64,000 bases of DNA from sequence record PQ015379.1; one strand, 5' to 3'. The notes under the pieces were generated by a model. The model did not search any database. It was not told the DNA's origin and saw only the letters and a program-made list of their open reading frames with translations. Below are positions 36,952 to 46,378 of this stretch, one piece after another. The first letter of the stretch is position 1. Every line of letters starts with the position of its first letter. The position numbers and the translations under genes are program-made.

Positions 36952-39708
36952 TTAGTACCGGTCGCGATATTCTTCCAATTCGTCAGGGCGGGTTTGTTGA
37001 GCGTCGTAGATTTCGCGACGCAGACCGTGAACTTCATCAGCCTGATCAGCCCATTGGTTTTCACGAATGTTCGGCGTTTCCACGTCGAATGGTTGGGCTT
37101 CCGCTTCGTCATCGTCGGTGCTTTCGTCGAAATCATCCATGCCGACAAAATCAGCAATCTTTTCCAGAACTTCCAACAGCTTTTCGTTGAGTTCCAACGT
37201 TTTATCGCGCTGGGCCTCCACTTCGTCTTCGATACGCTGGCGGTTTTCTTCGTACGCTTCCAAAGCCTCTTGGTACGCTTCCGGTTCCATTTCGTCTTCG
37301 TCCGGATATTGCACGGCGCCCATGTCCATGCGGTTGTTCACCTCTTCCTGAACATCTACCGGCTGGATCATATCGCTGTTGTGAACCAAACGAGTCAGGG
37401 CCAGAATCGCGGTATCCAACGAATCCATGTTGGCCACCATTTTCAACAGCTTGCGAATCAGTAGCGGCAGTTTTTCCGGCGCAACCCAACCGATACCATC
37501 GGCCCCGTTGTTTTCCACCAGATCCATGCGGTACGTGATATCCGGTTTTTCGCCGTTGATTACGATTTTATTCAGCAGAGCGCCGAAGGTTGTGGTGCGC
37601 TGGTGGCGACGGCGGCCCATACCGGTTTGGAAGTGTTCGGCCACATCAAGCAAGTCACCCTCTTCGAACGTTTCCGAATCGAATTTCTTTTCCAGATGCA
37701 GCGGTTTTTCCAGCAGATTACCGGCGGCAACTATCAGCTGGCAAATCTCGACCATATCCTGCGATTCTGGAATCAGCGGCTCGCCTTCCCACGCCAATAG
37801 CGAAGGTATGATCGCGTTGATTGTGTCGGCAGTTTGCGAACCGAAAATGATACCGTTATCGGTCAGGTGCATTACAGATGGCAGGTTGAATTCTGCCAGC
37901 GCTTTGACATATTTCGGCTGCCACTGGTTAACCAGTTGCTGCACAACTTCGGTGTTATCGTTGAGCCAGTCACGCAGGCGCGGCAGGAAATCTTTGTAAT
38001 CTCGCAGTTTGCCCTGATCATACAGCAGCTGTTCAACCTGCGATTTCTTGATTTCATCGACCCACATTTCCACCCGACCATCCGAATCGAATTTGTCGAG
38101 CAAACGGAAAGCTTTACGGGTCAACGCGTTGGCCACGACGCCGGTCGGCGGAACCCACAACACGTTGGAATCCAACTTGCCTAGGTTGTCGATGTTGTAG
38201 CAGATGGACAGATTGGTGCCGCCCGACTGATAAATCATTTCGCCCATTTCTTCCGAACGTTCCGGGTCTTTGAAGTCCAGATTCATATCGAGAATTTCAT
38301 AGGCAGCTTTTTGCATCGAGGTATCATCGAGCAACAGCATGTGCCGGGCAGCACAGGCCATGGTGTAAAGTGCGTGGCCAACCCGTGGCAGTTTTTCCAG
38401 CACTTCTTTTGGCGGTACTGGATACACGCCGGTCATGATCATGCGGAAAACTTTCGAGTTCGAAGTCAGGTTGCTATGCTCAACCATGGCCTGCACACGT
38501 TCCAGCATTTCGGCCATCACGGGGCCACCCGCGATACTCAGTGAGGAAACCAAACTCAACGGCAGTTTGCTAACGGTTTTCATGTCGAGATTTTGGAAAC
38601 CTTCAAAGGCCCCAATTTCCCGACCAATGCGCGCAGGAACCGGGCGCAGATCAGTGCCGCTAGTGGCTTGGTTGTTGAATTCGTCAGCCATTTCGGGCAC
38701 GCCTTTAAGGGCCTCGACGATTTCGTCAATCTGCGTGTCGTGCAGCTTTTCCGCTTCGTTGGAATCGATGTAGTGGAAAATCTGCTGGGCAATGTGCTGT
38801 TTTTCTTCGGGGCCTTCGGCGTTTTTCAGGGCCACCACGCGCTGGCGGATGTAGTCAATCGCCAGTTCGGTATCCATCAGCGCGTCGTGTGCCGACAGAT
38901 TGTCATCGGTAGACTGTTCGTGCGTGAAACGCCCGCCCATGCCGTCGTCGTATAGCGTCTCAGCCATACGGAATTCATCGGACGGAATGTGCATGTTGAT
39001 TTGACGCAGGAAACGCGCCAGCACCAAATCAAAACCGGGAACCGGGTTGCCGTAGACGCGGGTTTCACGGCGATACAAAACGTCGCCTTTTCCGTTGATG
39101 AACGGCTTCAACAGGCAACGCGCTTTAGGCTTCTGGATATTTTTGTCGTCAGATGAAACCACGTAGGCAACCAGCGTACCTTCGGCCACGTCGTTTTTGA
39201 CGTAGTGCTGGTTAATGCCTGGGTTCAGTCGGTGTTCACCATCAGCGAGTCGCATGCAGCTGGTCAAATCCCAATCGCGACCGGTGCTCATGCCGATAAT
39301 GTCGTACGGGTGACAACTGATCACAACCTGCAACGAACCGCCTTTGGTATTCTGCAACTGCGGGTCATTGTCGAACGCGGTTTTTGCGTGTGGATCTTTG
39401 GCAATCACCTTGCCGATGTTGGTAACGTTTTTCTGTTCCTTATCGGTAATCTTTACGCATTTCTTCGCCAGATAATCGGTGGCCACGTAGCCAGCACGTT
39501 GCAGGGCACTGCGTACAGCAGGTGGAATGGTGAAATGTGATTTATGTTGCTGGCCGATATCGAAGTAGAGCCGATAACCTTTCTTGCCCGGCCCCTTTGG
39601 CATCATGGATTGCAACAGCTTCACAGCCGGGGCCTGCTTGTTCCAGTTACGGCGGTACTTGAGGGCCGTGCGCATCGACACGGCGGCAACCGCGAGTTCG
39701 AAATTCAT
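36952..39708 (-). CDS. Large protein with leader MNFELAVA and an N-terminal ISCHPYD...SCMRL domain; acidic C-terminus
   Basis: Start moved to avoid overlap with the upstream gene. The first ~250 aa are paralogous to 39713..41512. Confidence 0.8.
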   Translation of the reverse strand: MNFELAVAAVSMRTALKYRRNWNKQAPAVKLLQSMMPKGPGKKGYRLYFDIGQQHKSHFTIPPAVRSALQRAGYVATDYLAKKCVKITDKEQKNVTNIGKVIAKDPHAKTAFDNDPQLQNTKGGSLQVVISCHPYDIIGMSTGRDWDLTSCMRLADGEHRLNPGINQHYVKNDVAEGTLVAYVVSSDDKNIQKPKARCLLKPFINGKGDVLYRRETRVYGNPVPGFDLVLARFLRQINMHIPSDEFRMAETLYDDGMGGRFTHEQSTDDNLSAHDALMDTELAIDYIRQRVVALKNAEGPEEKQHIAQQIFHYIDSNEAEKLHDTQIDEIVEALKGVPEMADEFNNQATSGTDLRPVPARIGREIGAFEGFQNLDMKTVSKLPLSLVSSLSIAGGPVMAEMLERVQAMVEHSNLTSNSKVFRMIMTGVYPVPPKEVLEKLPRVGHALYTMACAARHMLLLDDTSMQKAAYEILDMNLDFKDPERSEEMGEMIYQSGGTNLSICYNIDNLGKLDSNVLWVPPTGVVANALTRKAFRLLDKFDSDGRVEMWVDEIKKSQVEQLLYDQGKLRDYKDFLPRLRDWLNDNTEVVQQLVNQWQPKYVKALAEFNLPSVMHLTDNGIIFGSQTADTINAIIPSLLAWEGEPLIPESQDMVEICQLIVAAGNLLEKPLHLEKKFDSETFEEGDLLDVAEHFQTGMGRRRHQRTTTFGALLNKIVINGEKPDITYRMDLVENNGADGIGWVAPEKLPLLIRKLLKMVANMDSLDTAILALTRLVHNSDMIQPVDVQEEVNNRMDMGAVQYPDEDEMEPEAYQEALEAYEENRQRIEDEVEAQRDKTLELNEKLLEVLEKIADFVGMDDFDESTDDDEAEAQPFDVETPNIRENQWADQADEVHGLRREIYDAQQTRPDELEEYRDRY

Positions 39709-39712
39709 AGAT

Positions 39713-41512
39713 TTAGCTCTTGTGTGCGTTAATTCGTTTTGCCAGATCACTGATTTTTTCATTCTTGTGATCGACCAACGAATCAAGGAAGTCTTGGATG
39801 TTGTGACGCTGGCGCAGCCAGTTGATGCCGTCGTTCAGTGCCCCGCTATTCCGGTGCGCTACCCACTGCAAAAGCTCGCCCAAAACTTTCTGGTTGTGAG
39901 TCGCCATTTGCGCCAGCTTGTCGAACGTGGCGGGCTTCAGTTCGGAGGCGTCTTGCAGCCACTGCGGATTCACGGCGGCCCAGTCAGGCGCGGAATCGAG
40001 CGCGGCGGAATACGGGTTGACATGCGGCTTGGTGAAACGGCGAATGGTTTCAGACCAATTGACGGTGCCCAAAATGTCGTAAATTTCTTCGTCCCAACCG
40101 GCAGGAATGTGCGCAGAACGAACAAAGATTTTCAGGTTGGCACGATCCGCTTTATCGTCTGCATCATCAGGCTTCAGCGACAGCATTGTGTGGGCCAAGA
40201 ATGCAAAATATTGGCGCAGGTGACGTGCACCTTCCAACTCGGATTCCTGAAGTTCTGGCGTCCACTGCAATTGCCCGGCGAGGAACAATTTACCGGCCCG
40301 TGCTAAGCCTTGGCCGTCAATCGAAGTGACGTTGCCCAGCCAGCGCGAATCGTAGCGCCCGAGGTTCAGCGCATGTTCGTAGTTGGTTTCGAATTTTTCG
40401 TAAGCATGCAATTCGTGATACGCGTCGTGTAGCTTTTTGCTGGTGTCGATCAGGATTTGCGCGTCGGTGCCAATCAGGTGGTCTACAACGTCGTACGATT
40501 TCGCTTCTGGATCATCACCAATCGCTTCGTCATAGGCAGCGCCCACTTCGTTCGCGTTCATGAAATTATTCAGATACACGCCTTTCAGCGCGTCGGTCAG
40601 CTGATACGGATCATCAAGGGCTTTCACCATGACGGAGAACCAGCGCAAATCGTTTTCGAACCAGTTTTCGAGGCCGCCGACTTTGTACAGATTTTTGCGG
40701 ACGAAAGTTTCTTTGTCTTCGGCCTTGTCGTAGTCCACCAGCAGGTGCAGACGATTGCCGCCGTCGATGTGTACTTCGTCGCTCAGTTTGTAGATGCCAT
40801 GGGCTGCCCCTTGGTTCACCTTTTTCAACCACTGATCGACCGTGCGGCGGAAGCCGGGAATAGGCTGGCCATACACGTGCGTTTCGACTTTGAAATAGAC
40901 GTGATTTTCATCGTCGTCTTTCTTGAACGGTTTGATCAGCAGACGCGCATGCGGCTTGTTGATATTTGTGTCTTTTGGACTGATCACGTAGGCGACCAGA
41001 GTCCCTTCCGCAACGGTGCCTGCCATGAAATGTGCACGCTCGCCGTGTTTACCTTCGTTTTCCGGGGTTGCCAGTCGCATACAGGTCGTGAAATCCCAGC
41101 GGCGCCCAGTAGACATACCGATCACGTCGTACGGGTGACAGGAAATAACGCAGGTGTATTCGTCTTTATGTGCCGACCTTTGCGGGTCGTGGCTGAATTC
41201 TTTGATGGCTTCCGCATCGCGCAGGATTTTACCGATACGAATTCGGCGTTTTCCATCAGGGGTTACAGCGATGCCGTTGATGTAATCCTCGACCTTGTAA
41301 CCAGCCGATTGCACGGCATGGAAAACTGCGGCAGGCACCACGACTTTATCTTCGCTGGTTTTGTTGATCGGCATGTACAGGCGATAGCCTTTGCTGCCTT
41401 TGGGCAGGAAGCGGCGGATCAGTTTCACACCGACCCCGTTTTTATTCCAGCCCTTCACGAACGGGCGCGCCACACTCAGGCGTACAGCGGCCAACGCCAA
41501 TTGTAATTCCAT
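39713..41512 (-). CDS. Paralogue of 36952..39708 with leader MELQLALA
   Basis: TGATG coupling at 41512; VISCHPYDVIGMSTGRRWDFTTCMRL...EGTLVAYV...KP.ARLLIKPF. Confidence 0.8.
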   Translation of the reverse strand: MELQLALAAVRLSVARPFVKGWNKNGVGVKLIRRFLPKGSKGYRLYMPINKTSEDKVVVPAAVFHAVQSAGYKVEDYINGIAVTPDGKRRIRIGKILRDAEAIKEFSHDPQRSAHKDEYTCVISCHPYDVIGMSTGRRWDFTTCMRLATPENEGKHGERAHFMAGTVAEGTLVAYVISPKDTNINKPHARLLIKPFKKDDDENHVYFKVETHVYGQPIPGFRRTVDQWLKKVNQGAAHGIYKLSDEVHIDGGNRLHLLVDYDKAEDKETFVRKNLYKVGGLENWFENDLRWFSVMVKALDDPYQLTDALKGVYLNNFMNANEVGAAYDEAIGDDPEAKSYDVVDHLIGTDAQILIDTSKKLHDAYHELHAYEKFETNYEHALNLGRYDSRWLGNVTSIDGQGLARAGKLFLAGQLQWTPELQESELEGARHLRQYFAFLAHTMLSLKPDDADDKADRANLKIFVRSAHIPAGWDEEIYDILGTVNWSETIRRFTKPHVNPYSAALDSAPDWAAVNPQWLQDASELKPATFDKLAQMATHNQKVLGELLQWVAHRNSGALNDGINWLRQRHNIQDFLDSLVDHKNEKISDLAKRINAHKS

Positions 41513-41901
41513 CAGCTGAAGTCCTTCGCAGGCTTGTAGACCATGAGCAGGGAACCCCACTCTTCTTTGAACAGTTTTTTCGTTTCTTCCAACGACGCGT
41601 TCAGATTCAGCGCCGGGCGGAAACCGTTTTTGTAAAAGACGTGCAGACTCGCAATGCTGGAAACCTGCCCGCCGATATCACTTTTGTATTTGCGCACGAT
41701 GCCTTTCAACAGGAAATCACCGTGCCCTTGACCACGATGTTGTTCGTCGATCACGTAGTCGGTGACGCTGTGTTTACATGGCGAGAATTCCCCGCCAGTG
41801 CGCACGCAAATGTACCCATATTCGGAACGAAATTCGGTCCCGAAATGTTCACCCCTGTCGGTGATCTTGATCGAGGCGGCCAGCGCCAGCGTCATTTCCA
41901 T
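41512..41901 (-). CDS. GNAT-family acetyltransferase with leader MEMTLALA
   Basis: VIDEQHRGQGHGDFLL (motif A) and VFYKNGF. Confidence 0.8.
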   Translation of the reverse strand: MEMTLALAASIKITDRGEHFGTEFRSEYGYICVRTGGEFSPCKHSVTDYVIDEQHRGQGHGDFLLKGIVRKYKSDIGGQVSSIASLHVFYKNGFRPALNLNASLEETKKLFKEEWGSLLMVYKPAKDFS

Positions 41902-41906
41902 TTCTT

Positions 41907-42824
41907 TTACTCCAAACCGTGCAGTTCACGTTCGCCGCTGGTCATCCAGCGTTTGCGCACGTAATCCAAAAAGCCTTTAGTGTCGAGACGTAGACGACGT
42001 TTCAACCGTTTGATCTTTTCAAGGTTTTCCAACTCAACCGGGAACTTCGCAAAGTCTGAAAGCTTGTTGAAATTGCGAACGGCGTCCGGTTGAATGTCTG
42101 CATACTTGATCATGTTGGTGATATCGCGAATCACCTGTCGCTTGCATTTGCGTTGCTCTTTGTGGCGTGCGCTTTTCATGAATTTGACTTCACGGTTTTC
42201 GTCACCACGGAACACGATTTGCGATGCGTCGTACCACGCTTCGAGCGTGTAGTCTGCGGCAGGTTGCCATTCGCTGGACCCGAATTTGCGTTTCTTTTTG
42301 TCAGATACTTCCAGCTTAACGGTCTTGCGTTTATCCAGATTGGCAAACGCTTTGAAATCGTCATACTGGAACATCGGAATGCCTGCGCGCTTAGCCAATA
42401 GGGCCAGCGTCAGCGAGTCATTCATTTTGTATTTACCGACTTCCTGCATGAAATGCAGTTCTTTGATGTAGCGCAGGCACGGGATGTACATTTTGTTTGC
42501 GAACAAACGGTCTTCTTTTTCGTCGTGGTTGACGTGCGCCTGATCAGCCCAGTAATCGACTGGCTTAATCTGATAATTCGCGTTCATCTTCTGGCCGTCA
42601 AGCACGAAAATAACGTGACCTTCGCCCGCCTCACTCTTGAAATACGCAGAATGTTTGGAGCGGGCCAGACTCAGGAAATACTGCGCGTCACCGAACGCAG
42701 ATTCAACGCCTTCGTTAGTGGCCGCCAATTTAAAGCGGTCGTTTTTCATTGCGGTAATTGCGTGCTCCATCGGAATCAGGTGATAGAGCACGCTGGAACC
42801 GGCAAGCGCCAGCATCATTTCCAT
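41907..42824 (-). CDS. Putative ADP-ribosyltransferase-fold protein with leader MEMMLALA
   Basis: VLYHL (strand-1 His), FLSLARS (S-x-x/S strand), FVLDG, DEKEDRL (E-x-E). Fold call is an inference. Confidence 0.5.
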   Translation of the reverse strand: MEMMLALAGSSVLYHLIPMEHAITAMKNDRFKLAATNEGVESAFGDAQYFLSLARSKHSAYFKSEAGEGHVIFVLDGQKMNANYQIKPVDYWADQAHVNHDEKEDRLFANKMYIPCLRYIKELHFMQEVGKYKMNDSLTLALLAKRAGIPMFQYDDFKAFANLDKRKTVKLEVSDKKKRKFGSSEWQPAADYTLEAWYDASQIVFRGDENREVKFMKSARHKEQRKCKRQVIRDITNMIKYADIQPDAVRNFNKLSDFAKFPVELENLEKIKRLKRRLRLDTKGFLDYVRKRWMTSGERELHGLE

Positions 42825-43132
42825 TATTTTTTCCTTGCGCGTGCGGTCGCCATTGCCGCACGTTTGAATTGTGCGAGTTTACGTTGAGCCATTTGCAATT
42901 GACGGCCAATAACAGCCAATTGCGAATCGCTCAGATGATCTTGGTTATATTGCTTTTTCAACCGTTCGATTTCTTCGCGCAAATGCGCCACGGTTGCACG
43001 GTAGGCGGCAGCGCCCGAGCCTTCGACTGCGCTGCTACGGGCCATGGCGTACATGGAGCCGGGGTGTTTCTTGATGTACTGCTTTTTGGCGTTAGACGCT
43101 TTTCCGTGAAACCAATGTTTCTTTTGAGCCAT
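42824..43132 (-). CDS. Small basic coiled-coil protein (no leader)
   Basis: MAQKKHWFHGKASNAKKQYIKKHPGSMYA; AGGTGG SD. Confidence 0.7.
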   Translation of the reverse strand: MAQKKHWFHGKASNAKKQYIKKHPGSMYAMARSSAVEGSGAAAYRATVAHLREEIERLKKQYNQDHLSDSQLAVIGRQLQMAQRKLAQFKRAAMATARARKK

Positions 43133-43154
43133 GATTGCCACCTACCTTGGGGAT

Positions 43155-43580
43155 TTAGTTGCGCCCGAGTTCCTTGCGCAGGACCGGAATGTCGGCCTGA
43201 ATTTCTTGGTAACGCTGTGCGAATTTACGGATCATCGCGGGCGACGGCTCCGGAACAGAACTGGCGGTTGCAACCTCGGTCCCCAGCAGATTATTTTGGG
43301 CCAGCAAATCGTCTTTGGTGCAGACGAAGAAAGCGTCAACCTGCGCCACCGGAATGCCCATGTAATAATCGCGTTCCTGATCGATGTTGGCCACGTCGAG
43401 CGCCAGATCGTAGGTGATGGTTTCGGCCTTCACGTTGGTGGCCACGACCTTCGCACGAATCGCGTGATCGTACAGGTTGCCAAGATTCAGCCGACGAATC
43501 GCCGGATGAAACCAGACTTCGGTGCCCACGGCGTACACTGGATATTGCGGTACAGAAGCGATAGCGATTTCAGTTTTCAT
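43155..43580 (-). CDS. Hypothetical protein with leader MKTEIAIA
   Basis: ATGA overlap with the stop at 43577 fixes the start. Confidence 0.7.
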   Translation of the reverse strand: MKTEIAIASVPQYPVYAVGTEVWFHPAIRRLNLGNLYDHAIRAKVVATNVKAETITYDLALDVANIDQERDYYMGIPVAQVDAFFVCTKDDLLAQNNLLGTEVATASSVPEPSPAMIRKFAQRYQEIQADIPVLRKELGRN

Positions 43581-43735
43581 GCGGCGCACACCATGTTGTC
43601 TGCGAGGTCGGGATGTTTGGCTTTGAATTCTTTCCAGCTGGCAACCCAGCGCTCAAGGCGTTCTTGGTTGGCCTTGAGGCGGGCGCTACGCTCTTCAGGC
43701 GTTTCGTTTTCGTAAATTTTGTTCAGATCAGACAT
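43577..43735 (-). CDS. Small hypothetical protein, 52 aa
   Basis: MSDLNKIYENETPEER...; coupled to the downstream gene. Confidence 0.55.
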   Translation of the reverse strand: MSDLNKIYENETPEERSARLKANQERLERWVASWKEFKAKHPDLADNMVCAA

Positions 43736-43749
43736 ACGAATTGGTTTGA

Positions 43750-43968
43750 TCACCGGACTTTTCCTTTTTGTGCACGCCGTGCTTGGCGCTTGGCCTGTTG
43801 AACGTACCATGGAACAGTCGATTTGGCGCCTGCGTAAGGATCAGGGCCTGCCACACCCCGGTCGCCACCACGGCCACCATTCCAGTCCGCACCCGGCAAA
43901 CCGGGTTCGCCTACGGGACCGGGTTCATCGGCATGGCCAATCAAAACGCCGTTCTCGAAAATATCCAT
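43750..43968 (-). CDS. 72-aa protein with a few collagen-like triplets
   Basis: AAGGA SD; GPVGEPGLPG and GDRGVAGP. Confidence 0.65.
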   Translation of the reverse strand: MDIFENGVLIGHADEPGPVGEPGLPGADWNGGRGGDRGVAGPDPYAGAKSTVPWYVQQAKRQARRAQKGKVR

Positions 43969-44036
43969 GATTGTTCCTTAGTTTTGTTGTACCGGATTGG
44001 TGTCAGCCCGCATCAGTTCCATTTTTTGGTCCCTAT

Positions 44037-44411
44037 TTATTGAGGCTTCCGGATCATCAGGGTTTCGCCGTTGGCGCCGCGACCTTTGGAAACAAAGCCG
44101 AACGTTTTGTAGAATTTCACCAGCTTTGCGGCCTTCGTTTGGGCGTCCATAGGCGCCGCTTCGAGCCGCACTTCGATCCCGGCTTTGTCCACCATTTTCA
44201 GGAAGTGTTCCATGGCAGCGCGACCAGCACCCGATCCACGTTTGTCGGCTGGGGTTTTCAGGGTTTTCAGGTCCACAAACGATTTGCCGTCCGAACGGAA
44301 TTCACCATCGTTGAACGTATACCAAATCGACGAATGACCGACTTTGATTTCGGTCATTTTCCCATGCTTCAAAACCAGCCCAGTGGTGGCAAGCGCGATC
44401 AGTAGTTCCAT
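44037..44411 (-). CDS. GNAT-family acetyltransferase with leader MELLIALA
   Basis: LKTPADKRGSGAGRAAM, VRLEAAP, LVKFYKTFGF. Confidence 0.85.
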   Translation of the reverse strand: MELLIALATTGLVLKHGKMTEIKVGHSSIWYTFNDGEFRSDGKSFVDLKTLKTPADKRGSGAGRAAMEHFLKMVDKAGIEVRLEAAPMDAQTKAAKLVKFYKTFGFVSKGRGANGETLMIRKPQ

Positions 44412-44692
44412 CAGGCTTTTTCCACGCCCGCACGGGTCATGACATAGGTTTCACGCATCAGAACCACACGGTCGCCGTCGTTGGCGAAAATCGAGAGGAC
44501 AGCTTTCGAACCCAGCGGCAGAATGCGGTCGAGTTGCTTTACGGCCTGCCGGGCAGTGGTGGCGTTGCCGCGACCCAAAAGGCTCAGGGTGTTTTCTTTG
44601 CGCACTTCGTAGTGCGTGACCTTGGAACCTTTCGGCAATTTGTCTACCGAAACAGGGTTACGGTTTTCAGCAACGGCGAGCATCATTTCCAT
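44411..44692 (-). CDS. Hypothetical protein with leader MEMMLAVA
   Basis: 93 aa; coupled at both ends. Confidence 0.75.
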   Translation of the reverse strand: MEMMLAVAENRNPVSVDKLPKGSKVTHYEVRKENTLSLLGRGNATTARQAVKQLDRILPLGSKAVLSIFANDGDRVVLMRETYVMTRAGVEKA

Positions 44693-46378
44693 TTATTCAG
44701 CACTCTTGGTAGCGAGGTCAATCGCTTTTTGGATTTTGGAATTCGGGCGGGTGTTGGTTTTTTCGTAGACCGGGATAAATACCGAAGGGTCGATATAGTT
44801 CGCGATTGCCGTGGTGGCCGTCACTTTCTCGCCAGCGAGGTGGCCGAGTTCCTTACCGATTTTCAAGCATTGATCTTCGATCCACTTATTGACCGTCACG
44901 TCTTTGGCGCGTGCACCGTGCGGGCATTTATCCATCAGCGCTTTGGCCATGGCCGTACCACGCAGCTTGCGGAATTTGTGGACGGTAAACCCTTCGGGGA
45001 ACCCAAGTTCACGAATGTACCCGTTCACCTGCGAGTTCGACAGCGGTTTGCCACGGAACGTAAACACATATTCCGTTGGCTTTTTGTCGTGGATGAATTC
45101 GGACATTGCGCCATGCAGCATTTCGGTCCGCTGATCGTCGAACTTGATCACGTGCTTTTGTGCCCCGGCCTTTTTGCCGAGATACTTGATAATCACACGC
45201 TGGTCATTCCAGTTCAGGTGCTTACGCAACAGGGTAGAAATGCCGTACGTGGTTTCACCGGCAGTCAGTGCACGGGTCGAACCAATACGCGCCGAAGTCT
45301 GGTAAATGGTTTCGAGAACGGCAGCGGCAGTACCGCGCAACGTGCCCGGACCTTTCGCCAAATCAGGCAACCATTTTTTGATGTACTTCGACATATCCGG
45401 CAGCATGTTTTGCACGATGCCGAACGATTCCACACGGCCTTCAGTGCGGGCCGCGATGGTGTAAACGTTGGTAGTGCTTTGGGCAAACGGTGCTTTGTAC
45501 TGGCAGTAATAAATCGTGGAACCCGGCGTATAGTTCTTGTTCATCGAACCAGCGCCCACCGGTTTATTCATCAGCTGTAGGCCGTCGCTGGTGAAATAGT
45601 TCCCTTTGTCGTCCATCCGGCCCACGAACCAATCCGGAATATCGTGCTGGATATTTCCCATTTGTTCACGGATATCGTCCACGTCCATCGTGTGCTCGCC
45701 CGAGGCCCGCACGATGTTGGCCACCGCTTTGTCAGCAATGGCTTTGCGCTGGCGGCGCATGTCCAAATAGTCTTGGTGCTCGCTCAGGTTTGATCCCAGT
45801 TCTTTTGCCTTGTCGCGCCACTTTTGCAGCACGGTTTCCGGCATGACGTTGCCCTTCACTTTGCCGTGAGTTTTCACGTGCTGTTCAAGGCGGTCGTAGA
45901 GTGCACTTTGCGTCGTGGATTCGGTGTGTTCGTCTTCGTGGATGAACATTTTCGAAATGTGCGAATCTTTGAAATAGCCGATGTTCTGCATCAGCCGTTT
46001 CGTCGCTGCCTCGGAACCGTTACGCGCCAGACGCACGTCGGTCAGGAATTGCAGCTGTTGCTTCGACAGGCCTTTGTCCTTGTCGAATGCTTTTTTCTTT
46101 TTCTTCAGGGCGTCGAAACACCCGTTGATGATGTGGTGGTATTTCTCGGCGCTCACATCCTCGCCCTGTTCAAGCATGGTCAACGTTTTGGAAAACGTGC
46201 GCTTGATCGCATATTGCTCAAGGAACGGCTGGGCCTGCACATTCCACTTTTTCAGCTTCGGCATGAACGATGTGCCGTAGTCGAATTCGGAGGCCTTGTA
46301 GATCGCCACCAGCAGCTTGATAAACGCGTCGGCTGATCCGGGCGGCGCTGGGGCAGCAGCGGCAATAGACATTTCCAT
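44693..46378 (-). CDS. Type IB DNA topoisomerase with a long N-terminal extension and leader MEMSIAAA
   Basis: Catalytic pentad in order: SARIG (R), YLGKK (K), HKFRKLRG (R), ELGH (H), IANYIDP (Y nucleophile); TYGISTL matches the topo IB T[FY]G..TL motif. Confidence 0.85.
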   Translation of the reverse strand: MEMSIAAAAPAPPGSADAFIKLLVAIYKASEFDYGTSFMPKLKKWNVQAQPFLEQYAIKRTFSKTLTMLEQGEDVSAEKYHHIINGCFDALKKKKKAFDKDKGLSKQQLQFLTDVRLARNGSEAATKRLMQNIGYFKDSHISKMFIHEDEHTESTTQSALYDRLEQHVKTHGKVKGNVMPETVLQKWRDKAKELGSNLSEHQDYLDMRRQRKAIADKAVANIVRASGEHTMDVDDIREQMGNIQHDIPDWFVGRMDDKGNYFTSDGLQLMNKPVGAGSMNKNYTPGSTIYYCQYKAPFAQSTTNVYTIAARTEGRVESFGIVQNMLPDMSKYIKKWLPDLAKGPGTLRGTAAAVLETIYQTSARIGSTRALTAGETTYGISTLLRKHLNWNDQRVIIKYLGKKAGAQKHVIKFDDQRTEMLHGAMSEFIHDKKPTEYVFTFRGKPLSNSQVNGYIRELGFPEGFTVHKFRKLRGTAMAKALMDKCPHGARAKDVTVNKWIEDQCLKIGKELGHLAGEKVTATTAIANYIDPSVFIPVYEKTNTRPNSKIQKAIDLATKSAE

